Source: a virus
Lineage: Duplodnaviria; Caudoviricetes
IMG/VR virus record: IMGVR_UViG_3300012942_000082
Span: 1-40,149 of that record
Strand: one strand, 5' to 3'
Length of the DNA: 40,149 nt
In this document: positions 28,108 through 38,494 of the stretch, in pieces
Numbering within the stretch: the stretch's first letter is position 1
Layout: each line of letters opens with the position of its first letter
Position numbers and translations under genes: made by a program
Notes under the pieces: model-generated
What the model saw: the letters and a program-made list of their open reading frames with translations, nothing else
Told to the model about the DNA's origin: nothing
Database searches by the model: none

Positions 28108-28500
28108 ATGCATTTACTAACATTAATCTGGCACTATCTCGCAGTTCATAAGGATGCGTTATTAGCACTCTTCGGAGGTTCAGCAGGTGTCTGGGCAGCC
28201 GTACAGACATTCCTGCACACCGCTAAGGTACAGGGTGCACTCAAGTCATTCCTCACCAGTCACGTAGGCGCACTTCTAGCAGCGCTCGCTAACTATGCGG
28301 TTACCGGCAGTAATGACAACGTCGGTACAACCTATCTACTTGTCTGGTTTGCGAGCCAGTTCTGGCACTACTTGGCACTCAACCCGCTTTACAATAAATA
28401 CCTGGTGCCATTCCTGACTTGGCTGAACGCTCAGAAAATAGCAACAACGCCTACAGTTGAGACTCCAGCGGATACTGCGACAAGCGCGGAGCTTGTATAG
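28108..28500 (+). CDS. Putative holin
   Basis: Multiple hydrophobic helices directly after the endolysin; SD AAAGGAG. Confidence 0.55.
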   Translation: MHLLTLIWHYLAVHKDALLALFGGSAGVWAAVQTFLHTAKVQGALKSFLTSHVGALLAALANYAVTGSNDNVGTTYLLVWFASQFWHYLALNPLYNKYLVPFLTWLNAQKIATTPTVETPADTATSAELV

Positions 28501-28738
28501 CAACACACTCCTTGCAGTGGTAATAGCGGCCTTTGTGGCCGCTTTTTACATGCAGGAGCCGGTACCTATCCCGGTTGGTTGTGACCTTGTGTAGTAAGGC
28601 ATGTTCCTCACGCATTATGAACCAGTAGAAACTATGGAGGATGGAATACGCAACAAGGCCAGTGATAGTGTGCGGAATAGTTATCTGGTCTTTAATCTCA
28701 GCTGCAGTGAGCCATAGTTGGTGGATAAGCCAATGCAT
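28451..28738 (-). CDS. Hypothetical His/Cys-rich protein
   Basis: Last gene of the - strand cluster; H...GH.....C..C. Confidence 0.5.
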   Translation of the reverse strand: MHWLIHQLWLTAAEIKDQITIPHTITGLVAYSILHSFYWFIMREEHALLHKVTTNRDRYRLLHVKSGHKGRYYHCKECVAIQAPRLSQYPLESQL

Positions 28739-28739
28739 A

Positions 28740-29012
28740 TTATTCTGTGCAGAGCGCGTTGGTCTGCTTGGCGGTGGTTAGTTGGGTACAGAGGGCAGCT
28801 TTCTCGGTCGTAAGTTCTGTCACTTGGGCATTGAGAGTATCATTGCTGGTCTGCAAGGTTTGTACTTGCTTCTGAGTAGCCTTATACAGCGACTGGTAGT
28901 TGGTAGGCTTCGCAGGTGCTTTACGGTGCGAGTAAGTTACTGCCGCAATGCACGAGATACCGATGACAATAAGGATAGCTATTACGATTGAGAATGTTCG
29001 TTTTCGTTCCAT
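28740..29012 (-). CDS. Membrane-anchored coiled-coil protein
   Basis: N-terminal TM helix, coiled coil, two C-terminal Cys. Confidence 0.6.
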   Translation of the reverse strand: MERKRTFSIVIAILIVIGISCIAAVTYSHRKAPAKPTNYQSLYKATQKQVQTLQTSNDTLNAQVTELTTEKAALCTQLTTAKQTNALCTE

Positions 29013-29157
29013 GAGTTCAGTATAGCATTTTCGTCAATTACCTTAGACTTTTTATCCGAACCAGGACTCACGTATGCTTTCTTGACCATCTTATGACCAG
29101 CGTTCGCTTCAAAAATAGCATCAATGTTTATGGGTTTTATCTCTGGCATACGGGGTA

Positions 29158-29379
29158 TTATACTTCGCCAGCTAATTCACGCCTATAGTAATCACGCCAG
29201 CGCTTCATCGTACGGGCTTGGAATGGGTGTCGCTTATCTTTAGCCACGAGTCGGCCTAGTTCAGCATTGCTCACCTGCTTGTCCCAGAGTTTCTGCCACA
29301 ACCACCAGTCAATGCCCTGTGCCTTCGCATGGACTTCTAGACCGCCCTTCTCTTTTATAGTTTGTGCGCCGAACTTCAT
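29158..29379 (-). CDS. Putative HTH DNA-binding protein
   Basis: VSNAELGRLV...ARTMKRWR. Confidence 0.5.
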   Translation of the reverse strand: MKFGAQTIKEKGGLEVHAKAQGIDWWLWQKLWDKQVSNAELGRLVAKDKRHPFQARTMKRWRDYYRRELAGEV

Positions 29380-29397
29380 ATGCTTAATTTAATCATA

Positions 29398-29991
29398 TTA
29401 ATACATAAATGGAATAGATTGTGGGTCACCTTCATATTGTTCGTATTGGCCAGAACCAAACACCCGATCCATTGGGTCTGGAGCGTAGCTTGGTTTCTCA
29501 GCCGGCGCTGGGTTGTCTTCTAGCCATGCGACGAACTTATCAGCTACTGTCAGAACGTCATTGGGGTTGCGGTCTTTGACATCAGTTGGTGCGTAGTAAT
29601 CTACTGCCGCTTTTAAAGCCACCGATTTAGCGATTGCATGGTCATTCTTACCATCTTTAGCAGGGCTACTCGTGATACGCATATCACCTTGCTGACTGTT
29701 CTGTGTGCCTTGATAGTCATTCTGCTGTGGTCGTGAAACTGCCTTGTACTTTAAGCGTAAGCTACCACTGCGGGATTTGTAGCTTTCTATCTGTCCATAC
29801 TTCTTATCACCTATATTTGGTGGTTGCTTGAAGGTAGCATCAACTGGTTCTGACTTGAACTCGTTGAATGTGACACTGCCTTTTACGTTGCCATGGTTAT
29901 CCCGTACTGGTTGGCCTGTCTGCTTATCATTCCAGGCAGACCAAGAGGCTATGGTGAACTCCTGCGGTTGCCTGATTATCTCGTTATTCAT
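29398..29991 (-). CDS. Putative ssDNA-binding protein
   Basis: Beta-rich N-terminus, IAKSVALKAAVD..VL.VADKF..W helix pair, acidic tail ending IPFMY. Confidence 0.45.
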   Translation of the reverse strand: MNNEIIRQPQEFTIASWSAWNDKQTGQPVRDNHGNVKGSVTFNEFKSEPVDATFKQPPNIGDKKYGQIESYKSRSGSLRLKYKAVSRPQQNDYQGTQNSQQGDMRITSSPAKDGKNDHAIAKSVALKAAVDYYAPTDVKDRNPNDVLTVADKFVAWLEDNPAPAEKPSYAPDPMDRVFGSGQYEQYEGDPQSIPFMY

Positions 29992-30152
29992 TTCTTGTCC
30001 TTCTTTAGTCTTACCTTGATGGTTACTTCACCTGGTTTTTCTATAAATGCTACATCCCCATTATCAAGCGCCATGGAAACGTAGAGTTGCTGCCTGCGTA
30101 ATATCTCGACAGTATTCTCGGTATAACCATCATAGAAGTCATACTCAGCCAT
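29988..30152 (-). CDS. 54-aa hypothetical protein (not in ORF track)
   Basis: MAEYDFYDGY...; fills the gap and overlaps both neighbours. Confidence 0.5.
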   Translation of the reverse strand: MAEYDFYDGYTENTVEILRRQQLYVSMALDNGDVAFIEKPGEVTIKVRLKKDKK

Positions 30153-30759
30153 TTACTTCATCCCATATCTGTTCAGTGGGTAAAAGTGGGTAACTCCCTG
30201 GATTGCACATATAGCAGGTTGCCTGCTCTGGTTCGCCAGGGTAATGCCCATGTACATCGGGGTCACCAGGGCCTTTGCCGAACATATCCTCATACCACTC
30301 TTGCTTGCTTCTATAAGCAACAGTATGATGCAGGTTATTCTCAGGCGCTGCTGGGTTACTATTCATATACGGCCTCGTTCTACCATCTTTAGACTTAACA
30401 TAATCATACCTAGTAACAGTATAGCCCCTACGTAGTCAGGGGCAGTAGCAATCACAACACCAAATAGGAAACCAAATGACATAGCTACCCGCCAGTCGAA
30501 CAGACTTACATGGAAGTTTACTTTTGCTTTCTTAGCCATAATGTATTCCTGTTGCATTTCCAGCAGCCACATAATAGATTGTGTTCTTTAGCCATTGATA
30601 CTGCTCTCCAGACTATTAAATAGTTGTTTCTTGCTTGCGGCCTCGTAGACGAAGCAATCGGTTACTTTTAACGCTCCTCGGAACTTTACTTTGACTTCTT
30701 GCATTACACCTCCGCTCCAACAGGCCCAAAAGCCTCTCATGGATTTCGTTATCACTCAT
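30145..30759 (-). CDS. Three small coupled hypothetical genes (30145-30366, 30363-~30572, 30616-30759)
   Basis: ORF track; SD GAGGAGG before ATG 30759. Confidence 0.5.
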
Positions 30760-31087
30760 ATATCCTCCTCGCTGTTTGTTTCTGTATTCAGTATAATACG
30801 CGCACATATACAATGCAAGCATTGAACATAATATGTGTTCATACCTAATGCATGCTCTTGGTAGTTTCTACCCAACCATCCTACTATATAGGTATGTCTG
30901 AAGTAGGCTTACATATTGACTTATCCCACCTCAACCGCAAGCCGGTTCAGCAGGTCAGTGATGTGGCACACCAACTCTGGGAAGTGGGCACCTCACTGGT
31001 GTTCTGGCATGGTAAGTTATCTCGGCCACTGCCGATTCTTGCACATTAGGTGTATACTGCGCGTTACCAATTAACGAAAGGCATCAT

Positions 31088-31264
31088 ATGTCACTATCTC
31101 AGTTACTTTTAGCAGTATGGTTGATCCTCGTCGGTATGACCTGGATGGGTTGGGTATCTATATCTACGACATTCCTCGGAGTATGGGCATTCGTAACAGG
31201 TATTGTCTGGTTATTGGAAGCATACCGACCAATTACTGTTTACCGCCGCCCTCCGCAAGCCTAG
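31088..31264 (+). CDS. 58-aa two-TM membrane protein (not in ORF track)
   Basis: MSLSQLLLAVWLILVGMTWMGWVSISTTFLGVWAFVTGIVWLLEAYRPITVYRRPPQA; TATACT -10 and SD GAAAGG upstream. Confidence 0.65.
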   Translation: MSLSQLLLAVWLILVGMTWMGWVSISTTFLGVWAFVTGIVWLLEAYRPITVYRRPPQA

Positions 31265-31367
31265 TCAATAAAGACTGAACGTATTGTCCAGCCAATCAGT
31301 ACACCTATTAAGAATGTGACGAATAGAAGCATAGTATTACTATGCCACTACTCTGCCCTGCTGTCCA

Positions 31368-31787
31368 CTAGAACGGTAAATCATCAGGGGTGGTGACTTC
31401 ATTTCTGGGCGGGGAAGGGGAGTGTACACCATAATTTGCCACTGATTCTACAAATTCCTCAGCTTCTATATGGCCATAGCAGATAGCTGCTTCCACACCA
31501 CAACTAGCGAGCTCTTTGAGCCATTCACGCTGCTCAGGGCTGACATGCGACAAACCCTTTTTCGCTCGCTTTAATTCAACAGCGATAAGCCTATTATTCT
31601 TGATAATAATATAATCTGGCCATCCAGCTGATGTACCTTCACGTTTCACACGTATGGCACGCCTCCGAGCTTCATCACTATGTCCTGTCTCATTAGGCGA
31701 GTGGTGGAATTTATAACCTTTTACCCGTAGCCACGCCACAAACATACGGGCTTCTTCTGACTCACTTGGCACAGGTAGAGAACTCAT
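31368..31787 (-). CDS. VRR-NUC domain nuclease (putative resolvase)
   Basis: FHHSPNE, G.PD, ELK, VSPEQ.EW and ICYG motifs. Confidence 0.85.
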   Translation of the reverse strand: MSSLPVPSESEEARMFVAWLRVKGYKFHHSPNETGHSDEARRRAIRVKREGTSAGWPDYIIIKNNRLIAVELKRAKKGLSHVSPEQREWLKELASCGVEAAICYGHIEAEEFVESVANYGVHSPSPPRNEVTTPDDLPF

Positions 31788-32124
31788 GCAAACAGCTCAG
31801 GCTGGCAATCAAAACAGGCAACATTACCATTGCTATCAATCGTCATAAATCTATGTTCGTGCATATCATTCCTTATTTAAGCTAGCTGTCATGCCCACGC
31901 GTGCGGTCATGGACATGACAGCGGCAGTATGTACCGGGGCGGGGCACGGACGATAGCTGCCTAACAATCACATACACTCCCGTGATAAAAATGCAAACTC
32001 CGGGTGTTCGTACAGTCTTACCATTCAGGTGGAGGGTACATAGGACCGTTAAACCTGCAGCTCCATACATGATTGCTGTTACTAGTTTAAAAATTAAAGA
32101 ACTTAATTGGTATTGTACTATGAA

Positions 32125-34381
32125 TTATTTATGCCGGTTAGACCCTTCATGCAGTTCCCGCTTATCCAGTGAATTATGGATGACAATTGGCTTACTGTAT
32201 TCAGGTTTGTCTTCGATGCGGGGATGGCACCAGCAGTCTGCGCTTCGCACATGTACCTTCAGGTCTGCTATGGGTTTCACCATGACATGGTCACCCATGT
32301 CTTTATGCATCCAACGATTCACCCTTTACCCCCACCAGGATGCTTGAGCCTAGCTTCCAGCTTTTCAATGCGGTCAGCTACTATTTCACTTACTTCATGG
32401 GGTGCAATAGGGTCTACCTTCTTCAGCTCAGTAATCACAGCCTGGTCTATCAGGCGCTGCAAGTCTTTCCGTAACTTGATATGCTCTACATCTGTGATGT
32501 CAGGCAGGTGGTTGTAGAGTACCGTATCTAAATCACTCGGCATGGCTGTCTTCCTCCTCGCTAAATTTAGTACCGAGCATCTCAGTAATTGAACGGAGGT
32601 AGTAGGCGCAGGCTAAAACTGCGTGATTGGTACTCCCACTTTCGGTTATATCTGCATCTGCCATTGCTAATTCATTATTACCCGCTTCGTAGTATGCTTG
32701 TACGCTCATTGCTTATCTTCTTCATCCTCGCACCAGTGTATGAACTCCGGTTGCTCGATACGCCCGTGCACTGGGCAGTTAAATATCCATATCATTGGCT
32801 GTCTCCCTTACTAGAGCTGTCAGGTTGGGCTAACAACCACTCATCTCTTGCTGCCGTACATTGGTCATGCACAGAGATTTCACTGCTGGGGTCTACAAAA
32901 CCCAAAGGTTCGTACCATTTTTCAACGAATAAATCGTCAAACTTAATTCTGAAATGCCCTCGATAGTGGTCTACCATAACTTCGCCGTGTGAACCATCTT
33001 CGTACTTCTCTGCTTCATCAGCCCACATATCAGCAATTACAAATACCTCCGGGTCTGCTTTACCAAAAAACTGATGCCGTTTATCAACGACCATACGTCC
33101 AAAAGTGAATGTTTTACTCATAGTTGGCTCCTTGTGGTTTAGATAGCTGAGCTTTTCTGGCCGCTTCCGCGCTAGCGTTCCATTGTTTACTCAGTCGCAT
33201 AACAGCCTTTTGGTCAATCTTAAAACCACAGTGTCGTATGACTGAAAATAAATGGTCAGTTTGACTTCTTCGTGCCGCCACCTCAGCCTCTCGTAGTAGT
33301 GCCAGGAGCGTTTCGGCTTCCTCACCGACATACGTCCAAACCTTGCTGCCTTTTTTAACAGTTAGCGCTGTTTCGTCACCACTGGTAGAACCGTCGTCAA
33401 TACCGTAAGTTATCGCTTCTTCGGGGCTAGTGTTCATTGCTTATCTTCCTTCATTTCCTGCCAGCGTTGGCGGGCTTGTTTGCGTAACTGATTACGACTC
33501 TTGACTATGGCGTCGTGGTTCGCTTTAGTCTGGGCAGACGTAAAGGTATTCCGATAAGTTTTATCGAATGCTTTTTCATTTGCACCAATAGCTGTTTTGA
33601 ACCGCTTGTCAAAAAGGTCTTGTATTTTCTCCGAGGCAAGGGCTTGGGCTTTATTGTGGCGTTCATATACCCCTTCCCACTCCCACTCACTGGCAATTTT
33701 AGGTTGGTCATTAATTTCTGAACGAAATTCATCCAGAATTTCCTGCAGTTCACCCGCTTCACGTTTCACCACATTATAGCCACTATAAGGTTGTCCGATA
33801 GTACGTTCTAATTTCTGGCTGTTTTTAGAAGGTTTAGGCTTCGGCATCTTGGGCTCCGTAAGGCTTGCAAGGCAAGTTCTGTTTAATCCATACCGGACCC
33901 ATAAATACGCCATAATCGGGCATAGGGCGTTCTTCTACCGTCTTGCCGCAGTGGGGACAGAATATATGCGTATCATCACTGTCTAACACCTTGTGCTCTT
34001 TGGTATAGTCAAATTCTCTTTCAAATAACTTGCTCATACTGCCTCGCTTTCCGGCCGGTCTGCCAGGTTATTTCTTAATTTTGCTACCTCTTGCAAATAG
34101 AAGTCATGCCACGCATCGCTATCGTTCAATAAGTTCAGATTGTCTACATCGGTCAGGGTTGTTATCCGTGATTCCGTTGTCGCCTGCTGCATATGGGTGG
34201 CAAACAGTTTGACTAGATTATCTACTGCAATTTTCTTCGGTGTAATCTTCATGCTATCATCAACTCCAGGCAGTCTACCGCTCGAAAAGGCTCTCTGGTC
34301 AAAGAAACCTGACATGAGGGCTTTTTCTATTTCTTCGCGTAGCTCCTGCTCGCTTTCAGTTGTGTCGGGTTCAGTTTTCAT
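32125..34381 (-). CDS. Cluster of small coupled early hypothetical genes
   Basis: ATGA-overlapping ORFs 32125-32322, 32319-32543, 32792-33121, 33114-33437, 33434-33913, 33834-34037, 34034-34381. Confidence 0.6.
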
Positions 34382-34755
34382 TTTCTCTCTGCTCCTAAAT
34401 CATATGTACTGTTGTCTTTACGGGTTACTCGCATAGCAACAATACCGTTAGCGTTAAGTAGGCGACACACATCGTCACGGTCGTCAAAGAACATTTGTAT
34501 GCCAAGCTCTTTACACTTAGCTAATTTCAATTCAGGTGATTGTTTTGGGTTATCAAATATCACCTCGTGAATTAAATCATCTGGGAAAGTAGGCCAGTGT
34601 TTATGTACGTCGGTAGCGATTGTGCCAATACGACCTTTACCAATAGCGCTAATAACGTGAATAGTCCAACCAGCTTCATATAGAGCGTCAGCTAGTTCTG
34701 CTAGTTGAGTAGGGTAATGGCTAATTACTTGCCAATAGTCAAAGCCTACGGTCAT
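34378..34755 (-). CDS. HAD-superfamily phosphatase-like protein
   Basis: VGFDYWQVI (motif I variant), VISA, K, MFFDD. Confidence 0.65.
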   Translation of the reverse strand: MTVGFDYWQVISHYPTQLAELADALYEAGWTIHVISAIGKGRIGTIATDVHKHWPTFPDDLIHEVIFDNPKQSPELKLAKCKELGIQMFFDDRDDVCRLLNANGIVAMRVTRKDNSTYDLGAERK

Positions 34756-36257
34756 ACCTGATTTCCCTTCACCCGCTCGATGGTGGCATCTATTTCGCTA
34801 ATCGGTACTGCTTTATTCACCTCGCCGTGATGACCGTAAAGCTGTTTACGTTCTTTCAGCCCCTCAAGCGCCGCAAGAAGCTGCTGCTGGCAATAATCAT
34901 CTAGTGCTTTGGTGGCTTTTTGTTCAGCTTCGCCAATTGTTAAATCGAGCTTTAAGTTGTCCAGATATTGAACCATTAGAGCATCAATAATCTCTGTTTT
35001 CAGTTCGTCTTTAGATGTGGTCATAGCTCCTCAACTTTCTGGCGGAGTTTCTGGTAGTCCAGCTTACCCGTTCCGTTCTCAAAGCTAGTGTCCATCAGCT
35101 CAAATATCAGGTCTTTGATTTGCTGTTTGGCCTTAGCTATATCTTCTGTGGCATCGTAATCTTCGATAAAGCCATAGGATAAGTGATTGTCGTAAGTTTC
35201 GTAAAAACCCAATGGGGTAATAAAAATATCATCAAGCTTGCTCATACCCTCACTCCTTTCCTTCTGGCCGTAAGATGTTTTGTTTGAATAGTTCGATGGC
35301 GAGCTTGGCAGCGGCGTCTTCGGGGGTGCTGGTCTGCTGTGGGGCACCGTCGCCTGCGAAATTCTCAAACCAGTATATGCGGCTGCCGGACATCGTCGTA
35401 TCTAAGTTCAATTGATAGCCGCTTGGCAGCTTCCGCAGCAAGTAGCCGAGGTCGTAGGCGGGACAAAGATAGGTAAAGCTTTTACCATATATTGGGCTAG
35501 TGCTGACAAATGTTCCCTTGTTATGTTCCGGGTATTCATCTTTAGTCCAACCGCTCAAATCAACATCAGTCCATCCCGACAGCTCAAACAGCTCTTTGCA
35601 GTTCTCCAAAGATGCGACGTTCATTTCATCCAACTTTCATATGCCCACTCAAAACATCGACCAATAGTAATGAGAAAAGCTACAATTACATCTATTTTTG
35701 TAAGCTTATAGTTACCGAATAAGTACAGTATTAAATCAGTAGTCCAGGCAATAGCTGCACCGGTAAAAAGTACCGCCCATACCTTATTCATTTTGTACTC
35801 CGAAAAAACCCAGCCAGGGCAGTGCGGAGCTGCTGACGGAGCTGGTTTTGATTAACTACTTTTTCTTTATTTTGGGAAATGTTAAGTAGGGGAACGTCCT
35901 GCATCTCCGGCAATGCCAGGATGGCTTGGTAGAGGGCTTGCTTGGCGTGATTCATGGCATCATAATCAGTTCCGTAAAGCGGGTCATATGACAGTTCTAT
36001 GAGTATGTCATCTGCTGTTGTGGTCATTCTTCTCTCCGATCTTGTTAAGTAGGTTAGTTGGGGTGAGTATCTTCCCCAGCAGTTTCTTTTTCTTTCTCAC
36101 CTAAGCCTAGTCTTTGAAGTAATATCTCCATTTCCTCTTTGCCGAGCTTTCCAACAATACTATTTTCAAAATTATACTTCTCGTCTTTGATTACATGTTT
36201 GAAAGCTAGGCCAATTACTCGCAATTCTCGGTCGCTCAATATTATTCGCTTATTCAT
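34752..36257 (-). CDS. Cluster of small early hypothetical genes
   Basis: ORFs 34752-35024, 35021-~35245, 35250-35633 (PAYDLGYLLRKLP..TPEDAAAKL), 35788-36027, 36054-36257. Confidence 0.6.
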
Positions 36258-36285
36258 ATTCTTCTCCTTAATTGCTATTAGTCAG

Positions 36286-37129
36286 TTTGTGAATAGGAGC
36301 GGGGGCACTAGAGCCGATGGGTTATAAGGCCACCGGTATGCGCAATCCCCCCGCTTCTACCCACAAATCCCAGCTGCCGCTATGAAGCCGCGTTATGACA
36401 TTTCGGCATTATTACAGCCGCCCACCGCTCCATAGTGGTGGCAACTGGCCGAGCGTGGCCTGCACGGGTGTATCCAGTCCAGACAACCCGTAGGTTTACT
36501 GCAACGCATAGGTGTGTCACGCTCGTAGGTGCTGGCTGCTGCTAGGCGAAAATTTAAACACCTCCAAGATTCGGAGGGTGAGCGTTTAGCCGACCTAGGC
36601 CACTCGTCCGAAGACTTCGCTGGCACCAGCACATACGTTCCTGTTTGAGCAGCCATAGCTGATGGCAATTAGTCCGTTCAATGCATATTAGTAACGGCAC
36701 TGCATATGCCTAGCAGTGGCTTACCATCAGCTAAAGTTCTCGTAACAAGCACGGTATTTATATCACTACAATTCCGTTACCAGCTCATTGATGTGACGCA
36801 ACTCGCTGACACTTGTTACGAGATTAAACTGTTCAAACAGGTTATTCAGTAGAGCGCATGGTGCCAGTAGTAATTGGCTGTCGGTTTCTTTACGCGCTGT
36901 TGTCTACCGACTACATGTTTCGAGCTTCCCGTGACTTAGGTCAGTGCTGTACGACACGACCACAAGAGCCTCTGACACCCCTGCCTAGTTACACGATTAC
37001 TACCAGCACTACTGCGCTCTACTGTTTGTTCTGATAGATGATATGTGGCTGGTAGCAAGGTGGCCGAACCACTATTGATGTCACTATTCGACACTCGTTT
37101 TGGTTTGCTACCAGCCTCACATCATCTAT
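36286..37129 (-). ncRNA. Large structured non-coding RNA region (or tandem ncRNAs)
   Basis: At least six 13-28-bp helices; most non-Watson-Crick pairs are G-U on the - strand; cUUCGg tetraloop; no convincing ORF. Confidence 0.75.
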
Positions 37130-37188
37130 TTATGTTAAAGAGCTCTAACTGGAACAGGCCTTTTACCGCCATGCCTAGGGCTGGTAGG

Positions 37189-37791
37189 TTACCGGTAGTA
37201 CCGATACAGGTACACGTGGTACTCACTAAAGCTTATCTTACCTCGCCGGAACAGGGAACGCATCTTCTTTAAGTCTTGGTACTGTTTAGGCGGTAGTTTC
37301 TGCAGGTTCTTCATTACTTGGTTTCCTTTAACTTACGGCCTGCTTCGATTAGGGCATCTTGCACACATTGTACATCTGCGATAGCCTGGGCTATTACTTG
37401 TTCGGCGGTCATAGTGATGCCCTCCAGCCTTCTACGGCTATTTCAGCGCCTCTGAGCGTTTTAAATGTTTGAGTGGTAACTTTGTGCATCTCAAAGTCTT
37501 CAAAAGCTACATGGTACTCTCCAGCCGTCTTACGGACAGACAGGCGACCATGCTTGGTGGTCTGCGACCATGTGTTGTGGTTCGTTATGACTTCGCGGTG
37601 GAGGGTAGAAGTGTTCATTACTTCTTACCCTTAGGATTGTTTATAAAGTTGACGTAGTTATTGACTGCTTGCTTATCATGCAGGCGAGCCTTTAGGAACA
37701 GTGCGTGGGCAAGGTTAGCTGCCTTGATCTGTTCATCCGTCATAGTTGGTTCGTTAATAGGGTCAAATGACATAATTTTAGTTCCAGTCAT
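37189..37791 (-). CDS. Four tiny coupled early genes (37618-37791, 37409-37618, 37314-37412, 37189-37314)
   Basis: TAATG/ATGA coupling in series; first genes after the leftward promoter. Confidence 0.6.
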
Positions 37792-37862
37792 TATGTTGAT
37801 AATGGTAGATTCGGTTGGCAGTTCCAGCGGATTCGTATCTGCTAGCGGTTGAATCTGCTGTA

Positions 37863-37904
37863 ATAGTACTCCTATATAAATACTATGTCAATACATTTTG
37901 TATT
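37863..37904 (-). promoter_or_regulatory. Leftward early promoter with operator-like palindrome
   Basis: TTGACA-17-TACTAT; AATACA-ttt-TGTATT overlapping the -35. Confidence 0.7.
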
Positions 37905-38092
37905 TAATTTATGCTTACTCCATGTTTAGAGGTACTTATTGGGTGTAAATTAGTATATTTCTCTTCGAGTGCAGCCATGCCCATATCAACTACATCAGCT
38001 TGGCTAATTTTAACAGGGAAGTGCCGCGCTACTAACTCACGCACTCTAATTACACGTTGTTTTTGTTCATCAGATACATTTAATGTTGCCAT
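37904..38092 (-). CDS. Putative small repressor (ribbon-helix-helix-like)
   Basis: MATLNVSDEQKQRV..ISQADVVD..L; SD AAGGAG; flanked by repeated operator-like sites. Confidence 0.55.
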   Translation of the reverse strand: MATLNVSDEQKQRVIRVRELVARHFPVKISQADVVDMGMAALEEKYTNLHPISTSKHGVSIN

Positions 38093-38121
38093 TCTATCAT
38101 TCTCCTTATATATCATTGATG

Positions 38122-38163
38122 AGTATACAGTGTATTGACATTAAATACAATACGTGCTATTAT
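38122..38163. promoter_or_regulatory. Overlapping divergent promoters with TGTATT/AATACA boxes
   Basis: + strand TTGACA-17-TATTAT; - strand TTGTAT-17-TATACT. Confidence 0.7.
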
Positions 38164-38191
38164 GTAATCATTCCAATAAAGGAAAACAAAT

Positions 38192-38494
38192 ATGACAAAC
38201 CAAATACAAACAATCGAAATCTACCGCAACGGGGAACTGGAACAACCCAGCATAGCAAGTAGAGCAGGGAACATGTTAGCCTCTGCTGCTATACATGCTC
38301 TCTCAGCCACGTACGAGGCTTCTAAGCGTGTTTTGGGTGACATGAGCACAAGTATTGCTCTTGACATTGTAGACGCCCAGAATGGTACCAATTTACGCCA
38401 TGCCTACTATGAACAGAAACGAACAGCCCGTGTTGCCGCTATTGCCAGTGAGTATGGGATTACTGCCCGGGATAGTGTGGGGCGGTATGTCTAA
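38192..38494 (+). CDS. Hypothetical protein
   Basis: SD AAAGGA; downstream of the rightward promoter. Confidence 0.65.
   Translation: MTNQIQTIEIYRNGELEQPSIASRAGNMLASAAIHALSATYEASKRVLGDMSTSIALDIVDAQNGTNLRHAYYEQKRTARVAAIASEYGITARDSVGRYV

Noticed and set aside
36393-36668. 91-aa ORF (and 37045-37272) in the structured region
   Set aside because: No SD or coupling, atypical composition; better explained as incidental frames in structured RNA
36915-36950. Hammerhead ribozyme (CTGA...GAAAC on the - strand)
   Set aside because: The core reads CTGACCT rather than CTGANGA, and the flanking stems do not fit
36286-37129. tRNA genes (anticodon-like CTTATAA loop near 36323-36329; GGTTCG near 37065-37070)
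   Set aside because: No complete cloverleaf with D arm, TTCRA T-loop and 7-bp acceptor at canonical spacing
37803-37861. + strand hairpin antisense to the early leader
   Set aside because: About half the pairs are G-U in a G/T-rich stretch; too weak to call
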